Shown here in pieces: positions 1 to 11,361 of a stretch of DNA of 64,000 nucleotides. The notes beneath the pieces were generated by a model. It was not told where the DNA came from. It made no database searches and saw only the letters and a program-made list of their open reading frames with translations. The number at the start of each line of letters is the position of its first letter. The first letter of the stretch is position 1. The stretch lies in the NCBI RefSeq assembly GCF_054482595.1, contig NZ_CM137008.1; one strand, given 5' to 3'. The translations under genes were made by a program, and so were the position numbers.

Positions 1-161
1 AAGGGGTGACAGAGCAGCGACTGGAAACGGATGTTTATGTGCCGTTAGCGTGATGGGGAATCTTTACCGGAGTGTGAGCCAAATCACTCGCGATAAGTTT
101 GAGCGAACAATGCCACAGGCGTATTGTTGTTGGGCTTATAATTTCTCCGGTAAGGAATACC

Positions 162-1769
162 ATGTATACGCGAAATTTATTATGGCTGGTCAGCCTGGTA
201 AGTGCGGCTCCTCTCTACGCTGCTGACGTTCCCGCCAACACACAGCTCGCCCCGCAACAAGTCTTTCGTTACAACAATCATAGCGACCCAGGTACGCTCG
301 ACCCGCAAAAGGTGGAGGAGAATACTGCTGCGCAGATTGTGCTGGATCTGTTTGAAGGTCTGGTATGGATGGACGGTGAAGGCCAGGTGCAGCCCGCTCA
401 GGCTGAACGCTGGGAGATAATGGACGGCGGCAGGCGCTATATTTTCCATCTGCGTAGCGGTTTGCAGTGGTCCGACGGTCAGCCTCTGACGGCAGAGGAT
501 TTTGTCCTCGGCTGGCAGCGCGCGGTTGACCCGAAAACGGCAAGCCCTTTTGCTGGCTATCTGGCACAGGCGCACATTAACAATGCCGCGGCTATTGTTG
601 CGGGTAAAGCAGATGTTACATCGCTGGGTGTCAAAGCGACGGATGATCGTACTCTTGAAGTTACGCTTGAGCAGCCGGTTCCTTGGTTCACGACGATGCT
701 CGCCTGGCCGACGCTGTTCCCGGTTCCTCATCATGTCATCGCTAAACATGGCGATAGCTGGAGTAAGCCAGAGAACATGGTTTACAACGGTGCCTTTGTG
801 CTTGATCAGTGGGTAGTTAACGAAAAGATTACTGCACGCAAAAATCCAAAGTACCGCGATGCGCAACATACAGTATTGCAACAGGTTGAGTATCTGGCGC
901 TGGATAATTCGGTCACCGGCTATAACCGCTATCGCGCGGGAGAGGTCGATCTCACCTGGGTTCCGGCGCAGCAAATTCCCGCCATTGAAAAATCACTGCC
1001 TGGCGAGCTACGAATTATTCCGCGTCTGAACAGCGAATATTACAACTTCAACCTTGAGAAACCGCCATTTAACGATGTGCGAGTGCGTCGGGCGCTATAT
1101 CTTACGGTTGATCGACAGCTTATTGCGCAAAAGGTACTGGGGTTGAGGACGCCCGCAACCACGCTGACGCCGCCAGAGGTAAAAGGCTTTAGCGCGACGA
1201 CGTTCGATGAACTGCAAAAGCCAATGAGTGAGCGCGTCGCGATGGCAAAAGCCTTGCTGAAACAGGCGGGATACGACGCCTCTCATCCGCTACGCTTTGA
1301 GCTGTTCTACAACAAGTACGATCTGCATGAAAAGACCGCGATAGCGTTGTCTTCCGAATGGAAAAAATGGCTGGGTGCACAGGTGACGCTGCGCACAATG
1401 GAGTGGAAAACCTATCTTGATGCCCGACGAGCCGGTGATTTCATGCTGTCTCGGCAGTCGTGGGATGCGACGTACAATGATGCTTCCAGCTTCCTGAACA
1501 CGCTCAAAAGCGATAGTGAAGAAAACGTCGGTCACTGGAAAAATGCACAGTATGACGCCTTACTAAACCAGGCCACGCAGATCACTGATGCGACAAAGCG
1601 TAATGCGTTGTATCAGCAGGCAGAAGTGATCATCAACCAACAGGCACCGCTGATTCCTATCTACTATCAGCCGTTAATCAAACTGCTTAAACCCTACGTT
1701 GGCGGTTTTCCGCTGCATAATCCCCAGGATTATGTCTACAGCAAAGAGTTGTATATCAAGGCACATTGA
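162..1769 (+). CDS. ygiS: Periplasmic solute-binding protein (oligopeptide/bile-salt binding family, SBP family 5); ORF track start at 99 is probably an N-terminal over-extension, with the likely start at the Met preceding the signal peptide
   Basis: Translation MYTRNLLWLVSLVSAAPLYAADVP is a signal peptide followed by an SBP_bac_5-like body; position immediately upstream of parC matches the E. coli gene order. Confidence 0.85.
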   Translation: MYTRNLLWLVSLVSAAPLYAADVPANTQLAPQQVFRYNNHSDPGTLDPQKVEENTAAQIVLDLFEGLVWMDGEGQVQPAQAERWEIMDGGRRYIFHLRSGLQWSDGQPLTAEDFVLGWQRAVDPKTASPFAGYLAQAHINNAAAIVAGKADVTSLGVKATDDRTLEVTLEQPVPWFTTMLAWPTLFPVPHHVIAKHGDSWSKPENMVYNGAFVLDQWVVNEKITARKNPKYRDAQHTVLQQVEYLALDNSVTGYNRYRAGEVDLTWVPAQQIPAIEKSLPGELRIIPRLNSEYYNFNLEKPPFNDVRVRRALYLTVDRQLIAQKVLGLRTPATTLTPPEVKGFSATTFDELQKPMSERVAMAKALLKQAGYDASHPLRFELFYNKYDLHEKTAIALSSEWKKWLGAQVTLRTMEWKTYLDARRAGDFMLSRQSWDATYNDASSFLNTLKSDSEENVGHWKNAQYDALLNQATQITDATKRNALYQQAEVIINQQAPLIPIYYQPLIKLLKPYVGGFPLHNPQDYVYSKELYIKAH

Positions 1770-1906
1770 TGCCTTTATCGCCGTCGGAGCACGTCCGGCG
1801 GCGCTATTCACGCTGATCTCCTGTGACTCGACGCGGCAGATAATGTAGTATCTCCGGCAATATTGCCCCTTTGAAGGCTGGCGAATAAGTTGAGGAATCA
1901 GAATTA

Positions 1907-4165
1907 ATGAGCGATATGGCAGAGCGCCTTGCGCTACATGAATTTACGGAAAACGCCTACTTAAACTACTCCATGTACGTGATCATGGACCGTGCGTTGC
2001 CGTTTATTGGTGATGGTCTGAAACCTGTTCAGCGCCGCATTGTGTATGCGATGTCTGAACTGGGCCTGAATGCCAGCGCCAAATTTAAAAAATCGGCCCG
2101 TACCGTCGGTGACGTACTGGGTAAATACCATCCGCACGGCGATATCGCCTGTTATGAAGCGATGGTCCTGATGGCGCAGCCGTTCTCTTACCGTTATCCG
2201 CTGGTTGATGGTCAGGGGAACTGGGGCGCGCCGGACGATCCGAAATCGTTCGCGGCAATGCGTTACACCGAATCCCGGTTGTCGAAATATTCCGAGCTGC
2301 TATTGAGCGAGCTGGGGCAGGGGACGGCTGACTGGGTGCCAAACTTCGACGGCACTTTGCAGGAGCCGAAAATGCTACCTGCCCGTCTGCCAAACATTTT
2401 GCTTAACGGCACCACCGGTATTGCCGTCGGCATGGCGACCGATATTCCACCGCATAACCTGCGTGAAGTGGCTCAGGCGGCAATCGCATTAATCGACCAG
2501 CCGAAAACCACGCTCGATCAGCTGCTGGATATCGTGCAGGGGCCGGATTATCCGACTGAAGCGGAAATTATCACTTCGCGCGCCGAGATCCGTAAAATCT
2601 ACGAGAACGGACGTGGTTCAGTGCGTATGCGCGCGGTGTGGAAGAAAGAAGATGGCGCGGTGGTTATCAGCGCATTGCCGCATCAGGTTTCAGGTGCGCG
2701 CGTACTGGAGCAAATTGCTGCGCAAATGCGCAACAAAAAGCTGCCGATGGTTGACGATCTGCGCGATGAATCTGACCACGAGAACCCGACCCGTCTGGTG
2801 ATTGTGCCGCGTTCCAACCGCGTGGATATGGATCAGGTGATGAACCACCTCTTCGCTACCACCGATCTGGAAAAGAGCTATCGCATTAACCTCAATATGA
2901 TCGGTCTGGATGGTCGTCCGGCGGTGAAAAACCTGCTGGAAATTCTCTCCGAATGGCTGGTGTTCCGCCGCGATACCGTGCGCCGCCGACTGAACTATCG
3001 TCTGGAGAAAGTCCTCAAGCGCCTGCATATCCTCGAAGGTTTGCTGGTGGCGTTTCTCAATATCGACGAAGTGATTGAGATCATTCGTAATGAAGATGAA
3101 CCGAAACCGGCGCTGATGTCGCGGTTTGGCCTTACGGAAACCCAGGCGGAAGCGATCCTCGAACTGAAACTGCGTCATCTTGCCAAACTGGAAGAGATGA
3201 AGATTCGCGGTGAGCAGAGTGAGCTGGAAAAAGAGCGCGACCAGTTGCAGGGCATTTTGGCTTCCGAGCGTAAAATGAATAACCTGCTGAAGAAAGAACT
3301 GCAGGCAGACGCGCAAGCCTACGGTGACGATCGTCGTTCGCCGTTGCAGGAACGCGAAGAAGCGAAAGCGATGAGCGAGCACGACATGCTGCCGTCTGAA
3401 CCTGTCACCATTGTGCTGTCGCAGATGGGCTGGGTACGCAGCGCTAAAGGCCATGATATCGACGCGCCGGGCCTGAATTATAAAGCGGGTGATAGCTTCA
3501 AAGCGGCGGTGAAAGGTAAGAGCAACCAACCGGTAGTGTTTGTTGATTCCACCGGTCGTAGCTATGCCATTGACCCGATTACGCTGCCGTCGGCGCGTGG
3601 TCAGGGCGAACCGCTCACCGGCAAATTAACGTTGCCGCCTGGGGCGACCGTTGACCATATGCTGATGGAAAGCGACGATCAGAAACTGCTGATGGCTTCC
3701 GATGCGGGTTACGGTTTCGTCTGCACCTTTAACGATCTGGTGGCGCGTAACCGTGCAGGTAAGGCTTTGATCACCTTACCGGAAAATGCCCATGTTATGC
3801 CGCCGGTGGTGATTGAAGATGCTTCCGATATGCTGCTGGCAATCACTCAGGCAGGCCGTATGTTGATGTTCCCGGTAAGTGATCTGCCGCAGCTGTCGAA
3901 GGGCAAAGGCAACAAGATTATCAACATTCCATCGGCAGAAGCCGCGCGTGGCGAGGATGGTCTGGCGCAACTGTACGTTCTGCCGCCGCAAAGCACGCTG
4001 ACCATTCATGTTGGGAAACGCAAAATTAAACTGCGTCCGGAAGAGCTACAGAAAGTCACTGGCGAACGTGGACGCCGCGGTACGTTGATGCGCGGTTTGC
4101 AGCGTATCGATCGTGTTGAGATCGACTCTCCTCGCCGTGCCAGCAGCGGTGATAGCGAAGAGTAA
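1907..4165 (+). CDS. parC: DNA topoisomerase IV subunit A
   Basis: 752 aa ORF; N-terminus [32 protein letters not shown] and GyrA/ParC breakage-reunion domain with active-site region AAMRYTE. Confidence 0.97.
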   Translation: MSDMAERLALHEFTENAYLNYSMYVIMDRALPFIGDGLKPVQRRIVYAMSELGLNASAKFKKSARTVGDVLGKYHPHGDIACYEAMVLMAQPFSYRYPLVDGQGNWGAPDDPKSFAAMRYTESRLSKYSELLLSELGQGTADWVPNFDGTLQEPKMLPARLPNILLNGTTGIAVGMATDIPPHNLREVAQAAIALIDQPKTTLDQLLDIVQGPDYPTEAEIITSRAEIRKIYENGRGSVRMRAVWKKEDGAVVISALPHQVSGARVLEQIAAQMRNKKLPMVDDLRDESDHENPTRLVIVPRSNRVDMDQVMNHLFATTDLEKSYRINLNMIGLDGRPAVKNLLEILSEWLVFRRDTVRRRLNYRLEKVLKRLHILEGLLVAFLNIDEVIEIIRNEDEPKPALMSRFGLTETQAEAILELKLRHLAKLEEMKIRGEQSELEKERDQLQGILASERKMNNLLKKELQADAQAYGDDRRSPLQEREEAKAMSEHDMLPSEPVTIVLSQMGWVRSAKGHDIDAPGLNYKAGDSFKAAVKGKSNQPVVFVDSTGRSYAIDPITLPSARGQGEPLTGKLTLPPGATVDHMLMESDDQKLLMASDAGYGFVCTFNDLVARNRAGKALITLPENAHVMPPVVIEDASDMLLAITQAGRMLMFPVSDLPQLSKGKGNKIINIPSAEAARGEDGLAQLYVLPPQSTLTIHVGKRKIKLRPEELQKVTGERGRRGTLMRGLQRIDRVEIDSPRRASSGDSEE

Positions 4166-4172
4166 TATGCCG

Positions 4173-4240
4173 GGGAGGGCGCTGTTTCCTCCCGCTTGCA
4201 AGGAACGCCGGATGAAACGTTAAGTCGTCATCCGGCAGCG
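4173..4240 (+). terminator. GC-rich hairpins downstream of parC (gggagggcgctgtttcctccc and gccggatga...tcatccggc); candidate terminator/REP-like palindrome
   Basis: Inverted repeats read directly from the sequence; no strong T-run. Confidence 0.35.
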
Positions 4241-4398
4241 TATTCAACCCCCGGAAACGATAAAAATTCCCTTGAAACCGTTGTTTATTCATGCGTTGCG
4301 ATTAACAATACGCTTTTCCAGAGAGCGGCTTTTAACAATGCCCTAACCTGATTTCAGGTGACGTACAATGCCAGTCTCTCAGACCTTCAGAGGGTGTT

Positions 4399-5136
4399 AT
4401 GCTATATATCTTTCGTCTTATTATTACCGTGATTTACAGCATCTTAGTCTGTGTATTCGGCTCCATTTACTGCCTTTTCAGCCCGCGTAACCCGAAACAT
4501 GTGGCCACCTTTGGGCATATGTTTGGTCGTCTTGCGCCGCTGTTCGGCCTGAAAGTTGAGTGCCGCAAACCTGCAGATGCTGAAAGCTACGGCAATGCTA
4601 TCTATATCGCTAACCACCAGAACAACTATGACATGGTGACAGCATCGAACATTGTGCAACCGCCGACGGTGACGGTAGGTAAAAAGAGCTTGCTGTGGAT
4701 CCCCTTCTTCGGGCAGTTGTACTGGTTAACCGGCAACTTATTGATCGACAGAAACAATCGCACTAAAGCTCACGGCACTATTGCGGAAGTAGTGAATCAT
4801 TTCAAAAAACGCCGTATTTCCATTTGGATGTTCCCGGAAGGAACCCGCAGCCGTGGTCGCGGCCTGCTACCGTTCAAGACTGGAGCATTTCACGCGGCAA
4901 TTGCAGCAGGCGTCCCGATTATTCCCGTGTGCGTCTCTACAACTTCGAATAAGATTAATCTTAATCGACTGCACAACGGTCTGGTGATTGTCGAAATGCT
5001 GCCGCCAATTGACGTCAGTCAGTATGGCAAAGATCAGGTTCGTGAGCTGGCTGCCCATTGTCGTTCGATAATGGAACAAAAAATCGCCGAGCTCGATAAA
5101 GAAGTCGCAGAGCGCGAAGCCGCCGGAAAAGTTTAA
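4399..5136 (+). CDS. plsC: 1-acyl-sn-glycerol-3-phosphate acyltransferase
   Basis: 245 aa; NHQNNYD (HX4D acyltransferase motif) and FPEGTRS motif visible in the translation. Confidence 0.95.
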   Translation: MLYIFRLIITVIYSILVCVFGSIYCLFSPRNPKHVATFGHMFGRLAPLFGLKVECRKPADAESYGNAIYIANHQNNYDMVTASNIVQPPTVTVGKKSLLWIPFFGQLYWLTGNLLIDRNNRTKAHGTIAEVVNHFKKRRISIWMFPEGTRSRGRGLLPFKTGAFHAAIAAGVPIIPVCVSTTSNKINLNRLHNGLVIVEMLPPIDVSQYGKDQVRELAAHCRSIMEQKIAELDKEVAEREAAGKV

Positions 5137-5210
5137 GTCGGCAATCTGTATTTTTGCGGGGAACACTTTCCTGCACGGTATTACTTTAGCCAGTTTTACA
5201 TGGAGCAAAT

Positions 5211-6623
5211 ATGTCACTCAGTCGGCGTCAGTTCATTCAGGCATCGGGGATTGCACTTTGTGCAGGCGCTGTTCCCCTGAAGGCCAGCGCAGCCGGGCAA
5301 CAGCAACCGCTACCCGTTCCGCCGCTGCTTGAATCTCGCCGTGGGCAACCGCTGTTTATGACTGTACAACGTGCGCACTGGTCATTTACGCCAGGGACAC
5401 GCGCGTCGGTCTGGGGAATCAATGGTCGTTACCTGGGGCCGACTATCCGCGTCTGGAAGGGCGACGATGTTAAGCTTATTTACAGCAACCGCCTGACAGA
5501 AAATGTCTCAATGACGGTGGCCGGGCTACAGGTACCAGGCCCGCTGATGGGCGGTCCGGCACGGATGATGTCGCCAAACGCTGACTGGGCACCCGTACTG
5601 CCTATTCGCCAGAACGCAGCTACTCTGTGGTATCACGCCAATACTCCCAACCGCACGGCTCAGCAGGTCTATAACGGCCTTGCCGGAATGTGGCTGGTGG
5701 AAGATGAAGTCAGCAAGTCGCTGCCTATCCCCAACCATTATGGTGTGGATGATTTTCCGGTCATTATCCAGGATAAACGGCTGGATAACTTTGGTACGCC
5801 AGAATACAACGAACCGGGAAGCGGCGGCTTTGTTGGTGATACGCTGCTGGTTAACGGTGTGCAAAGCCCGTACGTTGAAGTCTCGCGTGGCTGGGTGCGC
5901 TTGCGACTGCTGAACGCGTCGAACTCTCGTCGCTATCAACTACAGATGAGCGATGGTCGCCCGTTACATGTGATTTCTGGCGATCAGGGATTCCTGCCTG
6001 CTCCTGTATCGGTGAAGCAACTTTCGCTGGCACCGGGCGAGCGCCGCGAGATTCTGGTGGATATGAGCAACGGTGATGAAGTGTCGATCACCTGTGGTGA
6101 AGCGGCGAGCATTGTTGATCGTATTCGTGGCTTCTTTGAGCCATCCAGCATTTTGGTTTCTACCCTGGTGCTAACGCTGCGCCCAACCGGCCTTCTGCCG
6201 CTGGTCACAGACAGTCTTCCTATGCGCTTGCTGCCAACTGAAATCATGGCCGGTTCGCCGATTCGCAGTCGCGATATCAGTCTGGGTGATGACCCGGGTA
6301 TTAATGGACAGCTGTGGGACGTCAACCGTATTGATGTCACCGCGCAGCAAGGAACGTGGGAACGCTGGACGGTACGCGCGGACGAGCCGCAAGCGTTCCA
6401 TATTGAAGGCGTGATGTTCCAGATCCGTAACGTGAATGGCGCGATGCCGTTCCCGGAAGACAGAGGCTGGAAAGATACCGTTTGGGTTGACGGACAAGTG
6501 GAGCTGCTTGTTTATTTCGGTCAGCCTTCCTGGGCGCACTTCCCGTTCTACTTCAACAGTCAGACGCTGGAAATGGCGGACCGTGGCTCGATTGGGCAAC
6601 TATTGGTCAATCCGGTACCGTAA
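5211..6623 (+). CDS. ftsP: Cell division protein FtsP (SufI), multicopper-oxidase-like, Tat-exported
   Basis: 470 aa; twin-arginine signal MSLSRRQFIQASGIALCAGAVPLKASA; location between plsC and ygiQ. Confidence 0.95.
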   Translation: MSLSRRQFIQASGIALCAGAVPLKASAAGQQQPLPVPPLLESRRGQPLFMTVQRAHWSFTPGTRASVWGINGRYLGPTIRVWKGDDVKLIYSNRLTENVSMTVAGLQVPGPLMGGPARMMSPNADWAPVLPIRQNAATLWYHANTPNRTAQQVYNGLAGMWLVEDEVSKSLPIPNHYGVDDFPVIIQDKRLDNFGTPEYNEPGSGGFVGDTLLVNGVQSPYVEVSRGWVRLRLLNASNSRRYQLQMSDGRPLHVISGDQGFLPAPVSVKQLSLAPGERREILVDMSNGDEVSITCGEAASIVDRIRGFFEPSSILVSTLVLTLRPTGLLPLVTDSLPMRLLPTEIMAGSPIRSRDISLGDDPGINGQLWDVNRIDVTAQQGTWERWTVRADEPQAFHIEGVMFQIRNVNGAMPFPEDRGWKDTVWVDGQVELLVYFGQPSWAHFPFYFNSQTLEMADRGSIGQLLVNPVP

Positions 6624-6733
6624 TCTTCATACTCGCCCGAGGAGGGCGAGTATGGAATACTTTTCGATTTCTCTTTCGTTCCGGCTTATAATCCCCGGCC
6701 TTTGATTATTTTTTTATCATTTCTGGAAGCAAA

Positions 6734-8953
6734 ATGAGCTCTATCTCCCTGATCCAACCGGATCGCGACCTGTTCTCCTGGCCGCAGTACTGGGCCGCCT
6801 GTTTTGGACCGGCACCGTTTTTGCCGATGTCTCGTGAAGAGATGGATCAACTTGGCTGGGATAGCTGCGACATCATTTTGGTTACTGGCGACGCGTATGT
6901 CGATCACCCAAGCTTCGGGATGGCGATTTGCGGTCGTATGCTGGAAGCGCAGGGCTTTCGCGTTGGGATCATCGCTCAGCCAGACTGGAGCAGCAAAGAC
7001 GATTTCATGCGTCTGGGTAAACCGAATCTGTTTTTCGGTGTTACTGCTGGCAACATGGATTCGATGATCAACCGTTATACCGCCGATCGCCGTTTACGTC
7101 ATGACGATGCCTACACGCCGGATAACGTCGCGGGTAAGCGCCCGGATCGCGCCACACTGGTTTATACCCAGCGTTGTAAAGAGGCGTGGAAAGATGTACC
7201 GGTGATCCTCGGTGGTATTGAGGCTAGTCTGCGCCGTACCGCGCATTATGATTACTGGTCCGATACCGTGCGCCGTTCCGTGCTGGTGGATTCGAAAGCC
7301 GACATGCTGATGTTTGGTAACGGTGAGCGTCCGCTGGTGGAGGTGGCGCACCGTCTGGCGATGGGCGAGCCGATTAGTGAAATCCGCGATGTGCGTAATA
7401 CTGCGATTATCGTAAAAGAGGCGTTGCCAGGCTGGAGCGGTGTGGATTCTACTCGTCTTGATACTCCTGGGAAAATCGACCCGATCCCGCATCCGTATGG
7501 CGAAGATTTGCCGTGTGCGGATAACAAACCTGTTGCTCCGAAAAAGCAGGAAGCGAAAGTCGTAACCGTGCAGCCACCGCGCCCGAAACCGTGGGAAAAA
7601 ACCTACGTGTTGCTGCCTTCTTTCGAGAAAGTGAAGGGCGATAAAGTGCTGTACGCCCATGCTTCGCGTATTCTGCACCACGAAACCAACCCAGGCTGTG
7701 CCCGCGCATTGATGCAAAAACACGGCGATCGCTATGTGTGGGTCAACCCGCCTGCTATCCCGCTTTCTACCGAAGAGATGGACAGCGTTTTTGCGCTGCC
7801 GTACAAGCGCGTGCCGCATCCGGCCTATGGCAATGCCCGTATTCCGGCTTACGAAATGATCCGTTTCTCGGTCAACATTATGCGCGGCTGCTTTGGCGGC
7901 TGCTCTTTCTGTTCTATCACCGAGCACGAAGGGCGCATTATTCAGAGCCGTTCGGAAGATTCGATCATTAATGAGATCGAAGCGATCCGCGACACCGTTC
8001 CTGGTTTTACGGGCGTAATTTCCGATCTCGGTGGGCCAACTGCCAACATGTATATGTTGCGCTGCAAATCGCCACGCGCTGAGCAAACCTGCCGCCGTTT
8101 GTCCTGCGTTTACCCGGATATTTGTCCGCACATGGACACGAACCACGAACCGACGATCAACCTCTATCGCCGTGCGCGTGATCTGAAAGGCATTAAAAAA
8201 ATCCTCATCGCCTCAGGCGTACGTTATGACATCGCCGTGGAAGATCCGCGCTATATCAAAGAGCTGGCGACCCATCACGTCGGCGGTTATCTGAAGATTG
8301 CCCCGGAACATACCGAAGAAGGGCCGTTATCGAAGATGATGAAGCCGGGCATGGGCAGCTATGACCGCTTTAAAGAGCTGTTCGATACTTACTCGAAACA
8401 GGCGGGTAAAGAGCAGTATCTGATCCCGTATTTCATCTCTGCGCACCCCGGTACGCGTGATGAAGATATGGTGAATTTGGCGCTGTGGCTGAAAAAGCAT
8501 CGTTTCCGTCTCGACCAGGTACAGAACTTCTACCCATCGCCACTGGCTAACTCGACCACCATGTATTACACCGGGAAAAACCCGCTGGCGAAGATTGGTT
8601 ATAAGAGTGAAGACGTCTTCGTACCGAAGGGCGACAAACAGCGTCGTTTGCATAAAGCGTTGTTGCGTTACCACGATCCGGCAAACTGGCCGTTAATCCG
8701 CCAGGCGCTGGAAGCGATGGGCAAAAAGCATCTGATTGGCAGCCGTCGCGATTGCTTAGTGCCTGCGCCAACCATTGAAGAGATGCGTGAGGCTCGTCGC
8801 CAGAACCGCAATACCCGTCCGGCGTTGACGAAACATACGCCGATGGCGACCCAGCGTCAGACGCCTGCTACGGCAAAAAAAGCGTCGTCTACGCAATCTC
8901 GTCCGGTGAATGCTGGTGCGAAGAAACGCCCTAAAGCGGCGGTTGGACGTTAA
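6734..8953 (+). CDS. ygiQ: Radical SAM superfamily protein YgiQ (UPF0313)
   Basis: 739 aa; Cys-rich radical-SAM-type region ([13 protein letters not shown]) and basic C-terminal tail. Confidence 0.9.
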   Translation: MSSISLIQPDRDLFSWPQYWAACFGPAPFLPMSREEMDQLGWDSCDIILVTGDAYVDHPSFGMAICGRMLEAQGFRVGIIAQPDWSSKDDFMRLGKPNLFFGVTAGNMDSMINRYTADRRLRHDDAYTPDNVAGKRPDRATLVYTQRCKEAWKDVPVILGGIEASLRRTAHYDYWSDTVRRSVLVDSKADMLMFGNGERPLVEVAHRLAMGEPISEIRDVRNTAIIVKEALPGWSGVDSTRLDTPGKIDPIPHPYGEDLPCADNKPVAPKKQEAKVVTVQPPRPKPWEKTYVLLPSFEKVKGDKVLYAHASRILHHETNPGCARALMQKHGDRYVWVNPPAIPLSTEEMDSVFALPYKRVPHPAYGNARIPAYEMIRFSVNIMRGCFGGCSFCSITEHEGRIIQSRSEDSIINEIEAIRDTVPGFTGVISDLGGPTANMYMLRCKSPRAEQTCRRLSCVYPDICPHMDTNHEPTINLYRRARDLKGIKKILIASGVRYDIAVEDPRYIKELATHHVGGYLKIAPEHTEEGPLSKMMKPGMGSYDRFKELFDTYSKQAGKEQYLIPYFISAHPGTRDEDMVNLALWLKKHRFRLDQVQNFYPSPLANSTTMYYTGKNPLAKIGYKSEDVFVPKGDKQRRLHKALLRYHDPANWPLIRQALEAMGKKHLIGSRRDCLVPAPTIEEMREARRQNRNTRPALTKHTPMATQRQTPATAKKASSTQSRPVNAGAKKRPKAAVGR

Positions 8954-8994
8954 AAAAAATCCCCGGCAACTGACATGCTGCCGGGGATTTTTTT
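8952..8994. terminator. Bidirectional intrinsic terminator between convergent ygiQ and yqhH
   Basis: A-run, perfect stem atccccggca / tgccggggat, then T-run (aaaaaaaatccccggcaactgacatgctgccggggattttttt). Confidence 0.8.
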
Positions 8995-8995
8995 A

Positions 8996-9253
8996 TCATT
9001 CTGCGTACATACGCAAGCAGCGCAGGCAATCAAAATAGTCCTGTGCATCAAGACGCGTATTGGCTCTGTTAGCTTCGGATTTGGCAGCATAGATTTGTGG
9101 GCGTAGTGCTTTCATATCCTGCTCAAGCCGGGCGATTTTGGCATTTAATGTTTGCACATTGCTCGCCAGCTGATTGACCTTTTGCTCATTGACGCAGCCA
9201 CTGAGCAAGCAGGTTGCCAGAACAACAGCTCCCACGGTGAAAATCGTTTTCAT
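8996..9253 (-). CDS. yqhH: Small outer-membrane lipoprotein, Lpp-like coiled coil
   Basis: 85 aa; signal peptide plus lipobox LLSGC; heptad-like coiled-coil region. Confidence 0.85.
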
Positions 9254-9303
9254 ATAGTGTTCCCTTTTATTTATTGTTCCGGCTAATTGTTATTTAATTC
9301 AGC

Positions 9304-10230
9304 TCATTGTTTTAATCTGGCGGCGGTTTTTGCCTCAATCTGCTTAAGTAGGCTGCCGCTGTTCGGGCGGATAAAATCAGCGATTTCCCACTTACCTTCG
9401 CGCCGTTGTAAAACCAGTTCTTGCTCTTCGTTGTTGCCATTAGTCAGCGTAAAACGAATATGAATGCGGGCGGAATCGGCGGTTTTCTCCAGGACTCGAA
9501 TTTCATCAACGCGTGAAAATAGCGACTCTTCGCCAAAACAGATCGGATTGTCGTAAATAAATTGCCGTTCTATTTGCATATCTTCATCGGGATTGTTGGC
9601 CGCCTTGAAGGTGGTTTTATAGAAGGCATTGACCGCCTGGCGGTAAGAGTCGGAAACCACCCACGTCCACGGCCAGCTATAATCGGCAATATGTTCAAAG
9701 AGTTCGGCAACAAAGGCTTCCGGCTGTTCTTTTTGCAGCGAAGCTAAAGCGGCCAGCGTTTTTTCATTCTCGCTATTAACTGCTTGTAAGACGCTGCCAT
9801 GATTGCTGACAATATCGTCAATGACCCAACGACCATTTTCCGCCACCATTTTCAGTGTCTGCGTGGTCTTTTCTTTATCATCTTTAAAGATACGAAAGCG
9901 CACAACGGCATCGGCATGATCGGCGTCAGTTTCGGTTATCGCTACGCTTTCTAGCACCAGATCGCCAAAATCCTGACAATCACAAACCGGATCATAATCC
10001 AGCCAGCCAATATTGCCCGGCAGCGTAAGATTGTCGTTCAGGGTAAGCGCCTGTTGAATACGCGCAGAAGTTATCGCCCGCTCTCCGGTTTCACCAAAAT
10101 AAGGGGCAGTGGCATCTGATTTATAGTTCTGATAAATATGCCGGACTGTTTGTTCTACGGTCTGTGAGGGGGGCTGTGCGTGCACGGTAAAACTTGCCAG
10201 GGCTGCTAAAAACAGAAGTATTATTTTCAT
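9304..10230 (-). CDS. yqhG: Secreted protein of unknown function YqhG (DUF3828 family)
   Basis: 308 aa with N-terminal signal peptide MKIILLFLAALASFTVHA; conserved position between yqhH and dkgA. Confidence 0.8.
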   Translation of the reverse strand: MKIILLFLAALASFTVHAQPPSQTVEQTVRHIYQNYKSDATAPYFGETGERAITSARIQQALTLNDNLTLPGNIGWLDYDPVCDCQDFGDLVLESVAITETDADHADAVVRFRIFKDDKEKTTQTLKMVAENGRWVIDDIVSNHGSVLQAVNSENEKTLAALASLQKEQPEAFVAELFEHIADYSWPWTWVVSDSYRQAVNAFYKTTFKAANNPDEDMQIERQFIYDNPICFGEESLFSRVDEIRVLEKTADSARIHIRFTLTNGNNEEQELVLQRREGKWEIADFIRPNSGSLLKQIEAKTAARLKQ

Positions 10231-10429
10231 CTGTTTTTCACCTCTCCGTTGCGTTTATCCCGGATATAGATGAGTTGTTCTTTTAAGAGCTTCCGGCTCT
10301 GCATGATGATGTCCTTATATTTGGCATTCCTGAACAAGGAAGAGTAACAACGGGCGGGACGCGAGGGGAATAAATGATTTCTGAAAAGTCCGGTAGCGGA
10401 ACATTACCGCCACCGGGAGAATTTGCACG

Positions 10430-11257
10430 TTAGCCGCCGAACTGGTCAGGATCGGGACCGAGACGCTTGCCCTGATCGAGTTTTGCAATTTCGCCGAGTT
10501 CGTCTTTGTCGAGACGGAAATCCCAGACATCAAAGTTTTCGGCAATACGTGAAGGTGTGACCGATTTCGGGATCACCACCAGGCCGCTATCCAGATGCCA
10601 GCGGATAACAATCTGCGCCGGGGTTTTGCCGTATTTATCTGCCAGATCGCGAATGACTTTCTGATCGAAAACGCCTTTCCCTCCTTGCGCTAATGGGCTC
10701 CAGGATTCGGTCTGGATTTTGTGTGTCGCGTTCCAGGCGTGTAGCTGGCGTTGTTGCATCAGCGGATGAAGTTCGATCTGGTTTATCACAGGCGTCACGC
10801 CAGTTTCATCAATCAGGCGTTGCAGGTGATGGATCTGGAAGTTGCACACGCCGATGCTTTTGATTAATCCCTCTTTTTGCAATTCGATCATGCCTTTCCA
10901 TGCTTCGACATAATGGTCGATAGCGGGAACGGGCCAGTGCATTAAGTAGAGGTCGATATAATCAAGCTGGAGTTTTTTCAGGCTGTCGAGCAGGGCTTCG
11001 CGGGGGCGCTTGTGGTCGTCGTTCCACAGCTTAGTGGTGATGAACAGTTCTTCTCTGTTGACTGAGGCATTTTTCAGGGCTTTGCCGACACCTTCTTCGT
11101 TCTTATAGGCTGTGGCGGTATCAATCGAGCGATAACCCACTTCTAACGCTTTTTGAATGGCGGTGATTACTTCCTCATTACTTGCTTGCCAGACGCCCAG
11201 TCCCAACTGGGGCATGACATTGCCATCCTGTAGCTTAATAACGGTTGGATTAGCCAT
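10430..11257 (-). CDS. dkgA: 2,5-diketo-D-gluconate reductase A / methylglyoxal reductase (aldo-keto reductase)
   Basis: 275 aa; MANPTVIKLQDGNVMPQLGLGVWQ N-terminus typical of AKR family. Confidence 0.93.
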   Translation of the reverse strand: MANPTVIKLQDGNVMPQLGLGVWQASNEEVITAIQKALEVGYRSIDTATAYKNEEGVGKALKNASVNREELFITTKLWNDDHKRPREALLDSLKKLQLDYIDLYLMHWPVPAIDHYVEAWKGMIELQKEGLIKSIGVCNFQIHHLQRLIDETGVTPVINQIELHPLMQQRQLHAWNATHKIQTESWSPLAQGGKGVFDQKVIRDLADKYGKTPAQIVIRWHLDSGLVVIPKSVTPSRIAENFDVWDFRLDKDELGEIAKLDQGKRLGPDPDQFGG

Positions 11258-11361
11258 ACGTTCCTCCTTTATATGAACTCACCGGAGCAGGCTCCGGTGA
11301 GGTGTTGTGAACTTAAGTCTGGACGAAATGCCCGAAAACGAAAGTTTGAGGCGTAAAAAGC

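Noticed and set aside
99-161. N-terminal extensions proposed by the ORF track for ygiS (and similarly yqhD, yqhC, metC, yqhA, hybE, hybF, yghU, glcC, glcF, glcG, sslE, pppA)
   Set aside because: In each case an internal Met gives a canonical N-terminus (signal peptide or known start) and removes overlaps with neighbouring genes; the extensions begin at non-ATG or unsupported codons.
2690-3529. 279-aa minus-strand ORF inside parC
   Set aside because: Antisense shadow ORF entirely within a highly conserved gene; no ribosome-binding site; biased composition typical of the reverse frame of a coding region.
7094-8146. 350-aa minus-strand ORF inside ygiQ
   Set aside because: Shadow ORF on the opposite strand of a conserved radical-SAM gene; Arg/His-rich translation typical of antisense frames.
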